Shown: positions 22,951 through 36,823 of the stretch, one piece after another
Numbering within the stretch: the stretch's first letter is position 1
Layout: every line of letters begins with the position of its first letter
DNA from: Oopsacas minuta
Taxonomy: Eukaryota; Animalia; Porifera
DNA length: 64,000 bases
Assembly (NCBI GenBank): GCA_024704765.1
Contig: JAKMXF010000032.1
Location: forward strand, 1-64,000
Reading direction: 5' to 3'
Notes under the pieces: generated by a model
Told to the model about the DNA's origin: nothing
What the model saw: only the letters and a program-made list of their open reading frames with translations
The model's database searches: none
Translations under genes and position numbers: made by a program

Positions 22951-25900
22951 AATCTTGTGAATACAGCATATCACTAATATTGCCCCAGGGATAGCATCCC
23001 GAGAATGGACAACTATTACTTTCTATACCTGACTATGTTCTTGGGTATGCTCTTATATAATATCCACCCGAGTGCGAATACGGTACTTATTCAACTCTCA
23101 CTTACATATACTTTAATTTGGTAAAGAAAGTTATCGTTATAATGAAACCCCTGGATTAGGTTTCATTTGTTAATATGAAGAGTAAATCAGTTAATTTAGA
23201 ATATTTGTGGTAATGAATCCTTGCATTTTCATACCGCGAGTTTACTGCATCTCACAAAAGTAATCTGGGTATAGCAGGGCCGGATTAAGCATATTGCGCG
23301 CCCTGTGCGTTACCCTCCGTTCGGGCATTTCCTTGACAACGGACAAACAAACAAACAGACAGACAAACAGACGAAAATGCAGATGTAATAATATAGATTC
23401 ATAGAATTTTACGAATTTTTTGATCCACAAATTTTGAGATAATTTCTTTGTCGTTGGTTTCTTCCAATAGCTCCGCTCAATCGTAATCATAGCTAGATCA
23501 GTGAATCGGTCCTCTGACATTGATGTGCATGGTACATTTTTTATACGTTTCATCTAGTTAAAACATCGTTCATCAGCCGCTACCACGCACATGATAGTCA
23601 AACAAATTCGCAATGCTATGGTGACACTGGGAAATATGTTGTCAATGGTATGGTTGCACATATAGAGATATACACCCCCGAAGCTTATACGATTATCACC
23701 ACCGAGATTCCTAGAAGTACACTTTATTCTCAGCTCTTCCCTAGGTGTAACTGACATGAGAATACGATAATGTATGACCTCCTCAATAATTTCATGGACG
23801 TCTTTGAGGTCTTTAGGATATTTGGATATCAAATGTTGAACCTTCTCAACAACTTCTTCTTTTGGGGCCGTCGAGCATAAATTAATCAGAAAGCCAAACA
23901 ATGAGTAGACATCCTTGTAGACCTCTGTACGACGAATCAGTTCCACAATGAGGAGGTCTATAATTGGTAGAAATACATTGATCCTGAATGGATCAATTTT
24001 GCTGGTTGAATGTTGTCCTTGATGTCTACAGCTCCCTCGGGAAGGATCTTTTCTTTCCTTATGCGAAAGATTATTCGCATCTAACAGATCGCAGTGAAGC
24101 GTTCCCTCAATGGCTTGAAATATCCAACCAATTAATTTAGGAGATATGATGTTTCACTAAGGTCTAATGAAGCATCTTGAAGGCATTTGTTGACGCTGTT
24201 GATTCGATGCAGTATTTGATTCCACAATTCTGTAAGAAGTAGGGTATCCCAGATCGACAGTGTACGTGTAGCAGGCAGATTTTCAGCTTCATGTCGAGTA
24301 GATTGCTTTTGTTGCAAGTCTTTGCAATTTCTTGCAATGCCTCGTCCAGCGGATCATAACCTACTTTCAAAACACTTATCGCCTGAGCGTGCACTGACCA
24401 TCGCGTATAAGCGAGATTCTTTGGTCTGGTTTATCTCCAAGGTAATCGGTCAATACTTTCCATCGGTGAGTAGATGCTACGAAAAAAGTATACACGTTCT
24501 GTATGAAACTGAAAAAATCGTTGCTCTATCGACAGATAAAACTGCTGCCTGTCCTACCAAATTTAGAGAGTGTGGTGAGCATGGAAGATAAATTGCAAGA
24601 GGGGCATGTTCAAGAATTTTCTTTTGCATTCCGTTTTACTTGCCAGACATATTTGCAGCGTTATCGTAACACTGTCCCATCATGCCTCCAAGATCAATTC
24701 CTAGTAATTCGAGTGTTACATTTGCAAGTGACTGCCCAGTGGGTGAGAAAATGGGGATGAAGGTAAGAAAGCGTTCGAGAGGTTCATGTCGATGGGGGTG
24801 AATATAACGGATCACGACCACAAGCCGGTCTACATGACTGATATCTGGGCTTGAGTCAACACTAATGGAGTAATATTGTTGCCTTTTTTACTTCAGCTAC
24901 GGTCGTATCAGTTATTTTCTCTGCGATCACAGCGATGAACTCATCAGCAATATAGTGGAAGACTAATTTGATACACTCCCGCGCCCTTTGTCGCGTATTT
25001 GGCGATGTGACCAGGAATGAAAGCATCGAACATTGCAAGAAGCTTTAGGGTGTTAATATAGTTGCCTGAGTTAATACTATTACATCTCTCATCTGTTCCG
25101 CGGAAAGCCAATCCGTTGGATCCAAGGAATTTTACTACAGCAATTGCTCTCTTTACAACCTGTGACCCAATAAACACGTTCAGACTCGATAGAGTGACCA
25201 TGTTGACTTTTTCGAGTAATCAGATCAGAGGCGCTCCCAGGGGGGGTCCAGGGGGTTCGGACCCCCCTTTCTGAAGGAATTAAATCAAACCTGGACAAAA
25301 TTAAGATAGTAACAACAAGTCTACTAATATTTGTTATTCTCATATCTATATTGTAATCCGTATCAGTGCTGATTGTGTACCTGTATTGTTCCATAAATTA
25401 ATAAGTAACAGCTGTCAGTCAATAGATGCAATAACTAGGTAGTAACCACAGCGAGTTTCAGAAAATAGGTTAGAATTACCCTATGGCTTCAAACTCATCC
25501 TTCAATAAATATCGGTCACATTAGTTTTATATCATTTTGTTGGTATCCACTCTAACATCTACATACATTCTGATTTTCAGGTCTAAACTGAATGTCGGCG
25601 CAGAAGGGAGATGCTCCTGAATTACAACAAACTTTGTTGGCGTTTAGCATATCAAAGAGAGCAAGGAGTAACATTAACGAAAGAGAATTGGCTATTGAGG
25701 TACAGCCCACTAGCAACTCCCAACCACCTGAAGCAGGTGCTACTTCTTCAGTGCATTCCCAAGATATACAAATTTCTGACTCGCCGAATGTGGTAGATGT
25801 TTCGAATACTTCATCAGGGGTTAATATATTCACTGAGCTCCATGTTCCAGATGTCACAAATTCATCCCCATAGGATTCAGACTTCATAGTTAATGAGCCT

Positions 25901-26482
25901 GCTTTGCAAATATAACTTTATGACGTTGGAGATATCTTAAAGGGTGATGTTATAGTAAAAAATCTCAGTGACAATGCAAAGGCCAACTAACTGTCACACC
26001 ACTTTACTCCTGGGAAAAATTTCCAGGCGTTTATAAAACAGATGATTGTTCGTGGAAAAACAAAACAGAAGAAAGTTCTCGTATTCCAGCACTCTTGGCT
26101 GGAACGATATGGGTGATGAGTGTACAGTCCTGCTGGTGGGGGAGGACTCTGCAAATATTGTATAATATTTTCATCAGAAAATGACAAAAGGAAATACAGT
26201 GGCGTGCTTGTAAATAAACGGTTAATTAACCTGGTCAGAGCTACTGGAAAAGATGGTGCGTTGAAACATCATCAAAGTCTCCAATATCACAAAGATGCGG
26301 TTCAACATGGCTTGCTCTTATTGCAACATCTAAAAGCCCCCAAAACATCCCTACCATTCATCATAAATCAGGCCAACCAGGAGGTATATATGAAGAACCG
26401 CCACATCTTGAAGAGTGTCATTGAAGCTGTAGTATTGTGTGGGAAGCAGAATTTGTCACTTCGTGGCCACAGGATGACAATA

Positions 26483-27791
26483 CAGGGTGGCCAATAAGTT
26501 CTGTCCCCTCCCTGAATAGTGATAACTATTTATGTAGCCATTCTTATAGATTATTACTTGGCATATATCTAATAGATATGTCTAGCAATACATAAACAAA
26601 TCCTACTCTATGTAGCCACCTTTGTTCTTGACTACACTTCTTAGTCGCGTCGGAAAGGACTCCACTGCGGCTCGCAGGACCTCCTGAGGAATCTTTTCCC
26701 ACTCTTTGGCCAATGATCTCTTCAGAGAGTCCAAATTGTTGTGAGACTTTGCACAAGCCTTTGCTCCCAATATGGCCCAGATCGAGAAGTCCATTGGGTT
26801 CAAATCTGGACTTGAGGGAGGCCATTCCTCCTTTGAAAGAAATCCTGAAATGTTCTCATGTAACCATTTTTGAGTGATATTGGCGGTGTGAGCCGGAGCA
26901 CCGTCTTGTTGGAAGACAAATGGTTGATTTCTAAAGATATTTCTGCTCGAGTGTTTAATTACTGGTTCAAGGATCAACTGCCGATAGGTTGCAGCATTTA
27001 TCTTGACCCCTTCAGGTATAAATATTAGCGGAGTCCGTCCATTCGCCGAAATACCGGTCCATACCATAATAGATCGGGGTTTTTGTGTCCTAGCTACATA
27101 CAAAACATCCTCAGGGATGCTTGAAGAGTTTGGAGCTAATATTGTGTCATTCTGTTTGTTAGTAGCCTGCTCTATACTGAACAATTTTTCATCAGAGAAC
27201 AGAAACCGGTCAAGATTTTCAATTTCGAGCCGAGTAAGAAGGCCCTTGCTTCTCGAGAGCCTTTTCAGCTTAATAGTCTCCGAAAGGAAATGAACAGTCT
27301 TCCTTTTATACGACCTGAAATCCAATTCATTCTTGACTAAATTTTGCATCGATCCTTTGGATATGTGGACCTCAGCTGCCATTTTCCTCATGGATCGTAG
27401 AGGATTCCTCCTTATTCGGTCCCTAACTAACTTCTTCATCCTGGGAGTAGTGATGGACTTCGGACGACCACTTCGGGGCATATCCTGAATGCTGCCCGTC
27501 TTCTGATAACGTAGGATAGTTCTATATACGAACTTTCTCCTTGATTTTTTAAAATTCAGCAATTTTAAAATTTCGCCTTGTGATTTTCCTTTAGAAAATA
27601 ATTCAACAATGGCAGCCCTTTCACAATCCATAGAATATTGTACAAGATAAATTGAATAAACGGCATATAGTTATAAAATATAAAGTATAATGTTCCTGAG
27701 AGTGATTTAATTGTATTAAACTTGTGGTAGCCTAATTAGTATTTATGTGATATTGCATCAAAGAATGGGACAGAACTTAATGGCCACCCTG
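26483..27791 (-). mobile_element. maT-type (DD37D) Tc1/mariner transposon
   Basis: 25-bp TIRs CAGGGTGGCCA(A/T)TAAGTTCTGTCCC, TA flanks. Confidence 0.96.
26603..27631 (-). CDS. Intact DD37D transposase, 342 aa
   Basis: RSGRP HTH; FSDEK; FQQDGAPAH; SPDLNPMDFS with 37 residues between the second and third D. Confidence 0.95.
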   Translation of the reverse strand: MDCERAAIVELFSKGKSQGEILKLLNFKKSRRKFVYRTILRYQKTGSIQDMPRSGRPKSITTPRMKKLVRDRIRRNPLRSMRKMAAEVHISKGSMQNLVKNELDFRSYKRKTVHFLSETIKLKRLSRSKGLLTRLEIENLDRFLFSDEKLFSIEQATNKQNDTILAPNSSSIPEDVLYVARTQKPRSIMVWTGISANGRTPLIFIPEGVKINAATYRQLILEPVIKHSSRNIFRNQPFVFQQDGAPAHTANITQKWLHENISGFLSKEEWPPSSPDLNPMDFSIWAILGAKACAKSHNNLDSLKRSLAKEWEKIPQEVLRAAVESFPTRLRSVVKNKGGYIE

Positions 27792-30700
27792 TACAAGTTA
27801 TATCTTCTAATAAAGGTAATTTTTGGGCAATTCTTGAGATGATGTCCAGGCGTGATGCTGTTTTACGGGAACATCTCGAAAGTGGAAATAAGAATGCGCA
27901 GTACACTTCAAAAAGAATCCAGAATGAGGTATTGATTTAGTAGCTGAATATATTCGAAAGGAAAACACGCGAAGCCTGCTATTTGATAACACCTTCTTTG
28001 CTATTATGGCTGATGAAGTTACAGATCCTCATAGCAATCAAGAGATTCTATCCGTGTGTCTGAGGTTACTTGATGGTAACGAAATCAGAGAATTTTCTTT
28101 GATTTCGTGTATCTTGAGAGGACAACTGGGGAAACAATAGCCAGTGCTATTATCGAAAGCCTCAAACATAACCACGTCGATCTTACTAAAGCAAGGGGTC
28201 AAAGCTATGATGGTCCCGCTTGTATGTGTTCTGATAAAGTTGGGGTACAAACAAGGATAGGATAAGTATCCCCACGTGCACTGTATGTACATTGTAACAG
28301 CCATGTATTCAATCTAAGCATTCCCAGTGCTTGTAAACTGCCTGCAATCAGGAATATGATTGGTACTCTCAATGCTGTTTTCCTGTTCTTTGGTAAGTCT
28401 CCCAAAAGGCAGCGATTTCTTGAAAGAATAGTGAAGAATTTGGCACCTGACATGCATAAGACAAAGCTTATTGGACTCTGTAAAACAAGGTGGGTGGAGC
28501 GGCATACTTGTTTTGATAGCTTCTATACTATGTATGAGTCATTGTGCGAATGTCTAGACGCAATGCTGGATCCATCTAGCTATCACCAAATTTACGAGGA
28601 TGCTTGGAGTGATCATTGGGATCAGGATACAAGATCTAAGGCACAGAGGCTTTTGTCCAATCTGGAGTCATCAGCAACTATCATCGCGTTCATTTTGCAA
28701 AGAATGCATTAGAGATCATTAGGCCCATTGCCTCCAAGCTGCAGAAAAGGGACCTGGATATCTATCAGGCATATGCCATGATCGACCGGACAAAAGATCG
28801 AATCACTGCCTTAAGGTATGATACTGAGGATGCGTATAGCAGCTGGTATGAAGAAGTAGCCCACTTTGCCTCGAAGGTTGAGGTTAATATCACATCTCCT
28901 AGAAGAGCTGGACCTAGATCTTCTCGACAAATATACAGCGCCAATGCTCCAAGTACATGTCCAAAGGAATATTACCTGCGAAATCTGGAAATACCATTTG
29001 CTGACCATTCATTAGCTGAATTTAACAGTCGATTCAATCCTGAGGACAGGAAAGGCATAGAGATCCTTGCATTACTCCCCGGTGCCATCACATTAGGTGC
29101 TGTTGACTTAGAGTCTGTTGTAATTGGACTAATGGTTTGGGAACCAGATCTGCCATTTAGTTCCTCACTTAGATCTGAAATGAAGGAATGGCAGCGCTAT
29201 TGGAGTTCCAAGGAGCCCAATCAATTATCAGTAAACTTGTCCGAGTGTCTGAGTCATGTAGATGAAGATATTTTTCCCAACATTCTAACCCTACTAAAAT
29301 TGGATGTACCCTTCAAATTGGAAGTTGTGGGTCAGAGCGCTCATTCTCATGTCTTCGCCGAGTAAAAAGCTACCTTCGTAGCACGATGGGACAAGAGCGA
29401 CTCTCTGGGCTAGCGCTGATGAATATGCATCATAGTATAGATATAAACTTAGACTATATTTGCTTGAAATTCCTAGAAAAAAACCAAAGGAGAATGTTTT
29501 CCAGTTATGTGTTATTTGACTAGATACGATTAAAAACTTACATTTATACGTAATATGCAAGTATATCCATAGCAAATATTATGAATCTTTTATCCTCAGA
29601 AATTGCGTCTGGAACTTTGTAAAACTAGACCCCCACCCTTTTTTCAAATCCTGGGACCGCCGATGTAGATCGAGAGTACATCGGCGATGATAGAGAGAGT
29701 TTCCATGACATTTTATTCGGTCGAAGTGTCTCCAGTCATTGAAGCCTTGTACGAACGAATTGTTGGATTCTTTCGATGTAGTTGACATAATAGTTTGCAC
29801 ATTGGAAGCAGTATACATTACCCGACAACGGTGAGTAGCAGAGCCATTCATGCTTGCCCAATTCGCCATTTGTATGTTCAATAATGAGCATTTTGTTCTG
29901 ATAATATCTGGACTCACCATCATTGTAGACCCTCTTCGATGCCGGATAACTCGTTGAGCGGTTGTGCGCAGCTGCAGGGCCTAGTTGAATTAGCTGGTCT
30001 GTCATTTCTGGAGCAGAATTTAGCGATTCACGCCAAGTTGACGGATCTTTAAAATCTATAGACAATTGAGATATTACGAGAGGAGGTGAACTGTCTTCTC
30101 CAGCAGAAAGATTAAGCTCCTCATCTACCTGCCGCAATTGTCCAAGATCATTATTAGATTGTGTTGGTTGTATAGTCGCATCCTGGGGCTGTGGTGCGGT
30201 TGTGTTGGTGCGGTTGTGTTGGTGCGGAAGAAGTTGTCAAGTTTTGGCAGCTTTGATAGATAACGCTCTGTGGAAGCAGCAGCATCTCGTTTCTGCGACC
30301 CCACTTTTGAGTTTGTAGGAAGACATCGAATCAAAAATATTGCAAAGACAACTTATTAAGGAAAGTATCAAATTATACAAATAATTTGTAATAGTCTCAT
30401 ATATAGTAGGAAATGATAATTTGTTATGAATGAACAACTATAATATGTTTTCACAATTTCACCTTAGCTAATTCATAGAGTTCATTGTTGACAAATTTAT
30501 CTCCAGCCTTAAAAATAAGGAATTGTTATGAATTGAAGAATACAAAGAAACACAATTCCATTATGAGCAATTAGCTAATAATTAAAGTGGACAATGAAAG
30601 TAAACTAAAACATCTAAAAGATTACCTAAACCGGCCCGGGTCTGCGATTAGGTAAATATTCACTGGTTGGGGGCCCTGCGAGCCCCCAAACCAGTTCGGG

Positions 30701-33599
30701 CCCTGTGCGATCGCACATTCCGCATGTGCGGTAATCCAGCCCTGGGGTATAGAGTAGCGCAGCCGTTCCCAGCCTTTTCACCTGTGTACCACTCTACCAA
30801 TTATATCACATTCTGCGGGCTCAGGTATATTTCAATACAAAGTTTAAAGTCCTATGGACGGTCTGCTGTTATTCGTGAACCGCTATGGTGTCCTTGGATC
30901 CCGTTTGGGGATCGCTCACTGGAGTATTAATGAATTGTAAAATAACATTCACTTGTTCATTTGTTCATCTCAGAGTCTTAAATTTGTCCAGAAATAGTTG
31001 CTCCTAAACTGGTTTTATCCGGCTAATTATCAGTAGGGAAGAAAAGACAAGTATGTAATCAAACTTTTTGCAATATCAAATGTTTAAGATACTCCATGTA
31101 ACTGGCAGGCCATGTTGCAGATTGTAAATGTAGAATATAATAATTTTGAGTGCACAGGTAGAGTGGCACTAAGTTATTGTTAACAAAATCAGGCTTGGGG
31201 TCCACAAAGAAAAGTCGCTGCTCCATCAATGTACATTTCACAAAAAGTACGGACTTGTCCACCAAACCTTGGACTCCTGACCCCACAACCAAGGTACCCA
31301 AACTTGGTAAGTACGGTAAAGAGCAGAAGTGATATACAAATACATGTTGAATATATTTGTGTTATAGGTGAATTTAGTAAGTTATAATATATTCAACTTT
31401 TTGGAATATGTTAAAATAATTGTTTTCAAAGCATTGTTTATTTGGCTGTTGACATAATGTGAGAGTAAGTTCACGTGGTACTACTTATTCACTGTAAACA
31501 ATTTTGAGGTATTGAATCGGCAAGGTTTGAATAGAGAATATAATATGGGGGAGGTCTAATGAGATTAAGTTGGAACAATGTCAAGTAACATGACCAAATG
31601 GGTTGTAAGCTACAGTATTGTATACATACTTAAACCTGCCTGTATATCCTCTTTGATGATTGGAGATTTAGTGTTTTTGAATAATTATGACTTGATACCT
31701 ACTAAACAGTCAACACCTGCTAACTCGAATGCCCCTTTAATCGGGCATTCTTATCTGCAACGCATTATATTTTCCCTCTTTTACTATTTGGTTTATTCAG
31801 AAAAGAATTGCGCTATCTGGAACAGATTTATGGTTTCGAGTTACCGGTTAAATGTTTACTAAATCTAATTGTTCAAAATATTATATTCTAGATGTGAAGG
31901 TTTTTGTTACATTTTTTGCAAAGATTACAAATAACTGAATATGCTCTAACAACTTCAGCTCGTATTAAATTGATAAAGTATTAGGGAAATTGTGAAATTA
32001 ATTGGAGGCCATCCGTTAAAGGGTATAGTAGTGGTCAGTTGGAATAAGTACTCAGATACCATTTTTGAAATTCTCTTTAGCACTAATATTTAGGTCTCTA
32101 TGGACGTTTGAAATGGGCGCCATCGTAACTTTAGCATTATCAGGCAATAGGAGGCATGTGGCCCGGCACCTTTGGTCCAGAGCCAAAGTATGGACATTTT
32201 GTCCGATCTCAAAGCTCTAGTTTGTTTACAAATGTTCAAGAACGTGTATGAGTGAAACCGATTTTCAATATTTTTCAAATATATAATATTCATCACCGAA
32301 AATTGACCTGACGTCGCAAAGAAACAGGGATATTCCTGCATGAGTCCTGTGGCGAAACGGTAGACGCAGAAAAAAATCGATTCTACTCATTCACTAACTT
32401 GAACATTTTACTTCACTAAGAACTTTAGGATCAGGGCCCTTGGTGCTGAACCGAAATGTGCGGGCATAGGTGACGGTTTGTGGGGGTCAGTATCATAATA
32501 CCTGGGTTATCAAAACGTAAAGTCGATAAGGGAATTATTTCAAAAGAAAGTCTAACTCAATTCTCGATATCAACCCATCTGATGACTCGTTTTAATACTA
32601 TAGCCTTATCAAACTATTTTTGATTTTTGCATGAATAAAACAAACGTTGATGGGCACATTGTGTTCGCTCAAAATGAAAATCTAACAACTAGAGAGGTGT
32701 TAAAAGTGTTTAAGGAAATTAGTGTGATAGAGGATACCTATTGATGGAAACTCGAGAATAGTTATTATAGGTGTTGAATTTGATCACCGTATAATTACAT
32801 GTGGGATTTGATCATTATTTCAAGCCAGTGTTGCCCTCGGATAGAAATTTTTGAGCAAGCTAGGCCACGAGCCCGCCAAGTAGTCCGCAAATAGCCGCAT
32901 AAATATTTTTGGCTCGCAAGAGGCAACTAATAAGTAATATATCTTTGAGGAAGAATTTGATAACCCGTTACTTAAAAATCCAAGGTAGTATCTAACATAC
33001 GATTTTGTTAAATGACCCAAGTCTTGTTTGGTGAACTGCAGATATAATTCAGAAGTGATTAAGGAACAGGTAAGAGCCAAAGGGGTGAAATTTGGTATGT
33101 AGGGTCCATAGAGAGCCATCTAAGACCAGTTCAAGTTTGAACGAAAATACACAGCTGACGGAAATATAACATAATTGTCACCTTTTTCACTTACCTGGAG
33201 ACTGCTCAGCCATAATATAGATGATAGCTAGGTTCATATTAATAGAATACGTCCACCACTAATAACAAACAGCTGATCAAAAATTCACAAGAGCGTTAAT
33301 TCATGGTGTAACTATTAATTAAGTATCATTATTTATCAATAATTAAAAAATAGTCAAATGCTTGTCTTTTTTCGGAATATGGATACTACTTATGGCATTC
33401 AAAAAGTTTCCATCTTAGTCTAATATCTTGACAGTACAACGATTTACTAATTAAATTTCTACATAAAAAATGTTCGAAATACTCGCCCTCTACATCTATA
33501 CATAGTTTTAGCCTATCAACCCACTTCGAAAATGTTTTTTATACTCGTCTCTGTCCACTGAATTGAGGTAGTGATTGATCACTTTTCCTAGCTCTTGTT

Positions 33600-33960
33600 G
33601 GGTATGAAATAGCCGTCCTCCTAGATGTTTTCCAATTCAGTGAATAGCCACAAATCACAAGGTGATAGATCTAGGGAATACGGAGGATGTTCTATCGTTT
33701 CAAACCCGATTTCCTCAATGACTTCCCTAACGTGTTTTTGGAGCGTGAAGTCTGGCATTATCGTGGAGAAGTTTGATTTCTCGAATTCTTATCTGCGGAC
33801 GTCGTGTTTTATTGACTTTCACGACTTCTCTCAGACATTTATCCACCTAAAATTCTCCATTGAGTCGTTCTCCTTTAGGCACAGGTATTTGAGCCACTGG
33901 TCCATACGCATCAAATAATATGCTGTAACCATATCGTCTCGGAAGTCAGAACATGCCTTT
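33600..33960 (-). pseudogene. mariner transposase fragment
   Basis: Manual translation ...FDAYGPVAQIPVPKGERLNGEF*...KLLHDNARLH / VIEEIGFETIEHPPYSLDLSPCDLWLF. Confidence 0.8.
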
Positions 33961-34220
33961 CGGGGGATAAGAACCTTTCGAGAATACAGATTTGCTTTGT
34001 TCCTCACGAAGAGGTTCAGAAAGATTATTCCTAGTTTCGTCGCCAGTAACGATTTGATATAATTTTCACAAATCACAATCTCTATATTCTTAAACAAATA
34101 AAATAGGTAGTCGATAGGACTATTAGGAAATACTATGCATTTCATGTAAGCGAGTAGAACTTTGTAGCTAAAGACTAAGGATGTAACGTTTTGAATGACA
34201 CAACTAGACGGCGTCTAGAT

Positions 34221-36486
34221 CAGAGGCTTCAAACTGAGGCTGGCTAGCCAAACGTGGCTCGCGAGCATGTTTTTCGTGGCTCTCGACATCCGTCAATCCA
34301 ATGCCCAAAATTTTTAAGAATATATTGCTTTGATTTTTCTGTGATAACAGTTGCATTGTTAAATTTGCTAGAATTGCATTTGTTTGATTTCATTAAGGGT
34401 CTATTTAGTATTGTGATATATAAATTGAAATATAATCTTAACAATACTACAGTATTATATTATATTGATTAATCTTGTACTTACCAAGCTAGCGAGATTC
34501 TTAATCAAAGATCTTTAAACATTTTACTGAGTTTCAAGTGGCGTCACATCCGTCCTCAAAGCTTAAGAGATTTAAAGGAAATAGACTCTTCAATATTGAT
34601 TGGGAGCACGAGTTTTTCTTGGTCAAGGACAGAGAGAAAAATAAATTTCTGATTTACCGTGATACCATTGCTTGCAATAAGAGAAGAAATCTGGATAGGT
34701 ATTCTAATACTAAACATGGAGAAGATTTCACTAGTGATGTTAGCGAAGCTCGTCAGATTAAACTTGATCAAATGAAGAAAAGTTTGACTACGGAACAGTC
34801 AGTCTTCAAGAAAGTGGATACATCAAGAAAGTCGGTAACAGCAGCAAGTTAAGCCATTAGTAATATTTTTGCAAGGCGAATGAAACCATTTACAGATGGT
34901 GAGTATATCAAAGAGTGCCTAGCTGTGTTCATGGATAATTTGCTGTCCAGACAAGAATGATCTTGCACAACAGCTGAGTCTTAGTGATACACCCGTAATG
35001 CGACGTGTAGAATCAATTTCGAATAATATTAATGAACAACTTTTAGAAAGGGCTCGAAACTTCACCTCTTACAGCATCGCAATAGATGAAGGCAAAGACA
35101 TTTTGATGTGGAACAATTAGTCATCTGGATTAGGGGAGTTGATAATAACTTCAAAATAACTGAGGAATGTTATCACTCAGTCCTATGTATGGAAAAGCCC
35201 ATGGTATTGATATTTTTGATGAAGCACAAAAAGTCTAATCAAAAGCTACTTTATAGGTCACGAAACTGTCTCGAGTTACAACAGACGGAGCGCCGTCCAT
35301 GCTTGGAATAGGAAGTGGTCTTAAGGGACAGTTGTCGCGGTATTTAGCTGCTAATGGCCGTGACGGAGTGATATGGTACCACTGTATTATTCACCAGGAA
35401 GTTTTATGCGCAAAAACACTTGTATAAATAACGTTAAGAAACTTATTCTTGATGCTGTGAATTTTATCAGAGCCAAGGGAATCAACCATAGAAAATCTAA
35501 ACATATTTTAAAAAAGCTAGATTCAGAGTACGGTGATGTACTCTATTTCACAGCTGTTCGGTGGCTTAGTAGAAGAGCAGTTCTTAAGGGGGTGTGAATG
35601 TTATGCGATAAGAAATCGTGCTTTATGGAGGAAAAGGGGAATAAGGTTCATGAATTTCAAAATCCCGCTTGGCTCATGGATGTAGCATTTTGGTGGATAT
35701 CTCAACTCATCTAAACAGTTTAAATTCTGCTCTTCAAGGTAAATGAAGCATAATCATGAGCTTTTCGGCACCATATGTGCTTTTGAGGCGATGCCTAGTC
35801 TATTTGAGACGCAGCTCTCAAAAAACAACTTCTCACACTTTTCGGAGCTTCGATCTATGGAAAATCCTGACGGAAAAAGATATGCAAGGATAGTTTCACA
35901 CCTGATAGAAGAATTCAAAACTCGATTTGCTGATTTTAGAAGGGACGGACAGAAAATTATGCCCTTCACTCAGCCTTTCTGTTTTGATGTCCAGTGTGCT
36001 TCTGATGAAATTCAGCTGGAGCTTCTTGATCTACAAGCCAATATTAATTTGAAAGGAAAAGTTTAGGGAGGTAAAATTAGATGAGATATCCAAGAATCTC
36101 AGTATTTTAGACTTCTACAAAGTCCTACCAACTGATACATATCCATTTATCCTTGGACACGCAAGGAGGATGGCCAGCTTATTTGGGAGTACTTATACTT
36201 GTGAAGCCCTCTTCTGCAAAATGAAGTATACGAAGAATAGGTATCGGTCAAATATGACGGATGAACATCGACATGATGTATTGCGTATCGCATCAACTGA
36301 AATAGCACCTTGTATGGATACGCTTTTACATGATACGAGACAATTTCACACATCACAATAATGTATGTATTTCAATCCATGTTATGGTAAAACAATTTTA
36401 TTAAGTCTTTCGAATTTTCGTATGCCTCGGGATTATGATCAAAAGTTACAAAGTGCCTCTCAAAGCAAAAAGTTCGAAGACCCCTG
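34221..36486 (+). mobile_element. hAT (Buster/GTF2IRD2-like) element, copy 2, full length, pseudogene
   Basis: CAGAGGCTTCAAAC ... GTTCGAAGACCCCTG; flanks GTCTAGAT / GACTAGAT (7 of 8 identical, consistent with a TSD). Confidence 0.92.
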
Positions 36487-36823
36487 GACTAGATCAAATA
36501 ATATTTGTTGTGAAAACTAAGTAGTCTTATTACGTTCATTATAACTTATTATTTAACACTGTAAATTTATGCAGGTAACCGTTTGAACCAGAGATTACAG
36601 TAACTATTGCAGGATTCTTATTAATTTATACGATTTCGTAGCACACCAATATTTGTTATTGAATTAAGGGATCACTCAGCGTATTCAATCCATATACAAG
36701 TATGCAAGTTCTGTGTTCCGAAAATTTTACAATTTGTTAATGAAAATTGTCTTGATTAATCATATTAATGTATAACTAGCACCAAGTTCAAGTGATAAAT
36801 CGATAAACATACCTGATGGTTTG

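Larger units (their letters stand above)
25226..29665 (+). mobile_element. hAT element (THAP12/PRKRIR-like), pseudogene, nested
   Basis: Ends CAGAGGCGCTCCCAGG / CCTGGGACCGCCGATG; YSPAGGGGLCKYC, CGKQNLSLRGH, LCKTRWVERH, IFPNILTLLK motifs. No clean TSD seen. Confidence 0.85.
23275..30744 (-). mobile_element. hAT element (ZMYM1/TTF-zinc-finger type), pseudogene, interrupted by a nested hAT
   Basis: TIRs CAGGGCCGGATTA / TAATCCAGCCCTG; perfect 8-bp TSD GGGTATAG (23267-23274 and 30745-30752); WLCYSPLSGNVYCFQC, GFNDWRH, GLAFRG, GQCYDNAANMSG, CVVAADERCF motifs. Confidence 0.92.

Noticed and set aside
31059-31301. ORF with VVGSG, a possible Rossmann motif
   Set aside because: Isolated, with no other recognisable motifs or neighbouring exons; insufficient support.
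32015-32060. TTAA|AGGGTATAGT, a Kolobok-like left end
   Set aside because: No matching right end was found.
20870-36486. Composite transposon bounded by the outer Buster ends
   Set aside because: The outer flanks share no 8-bp TSD.
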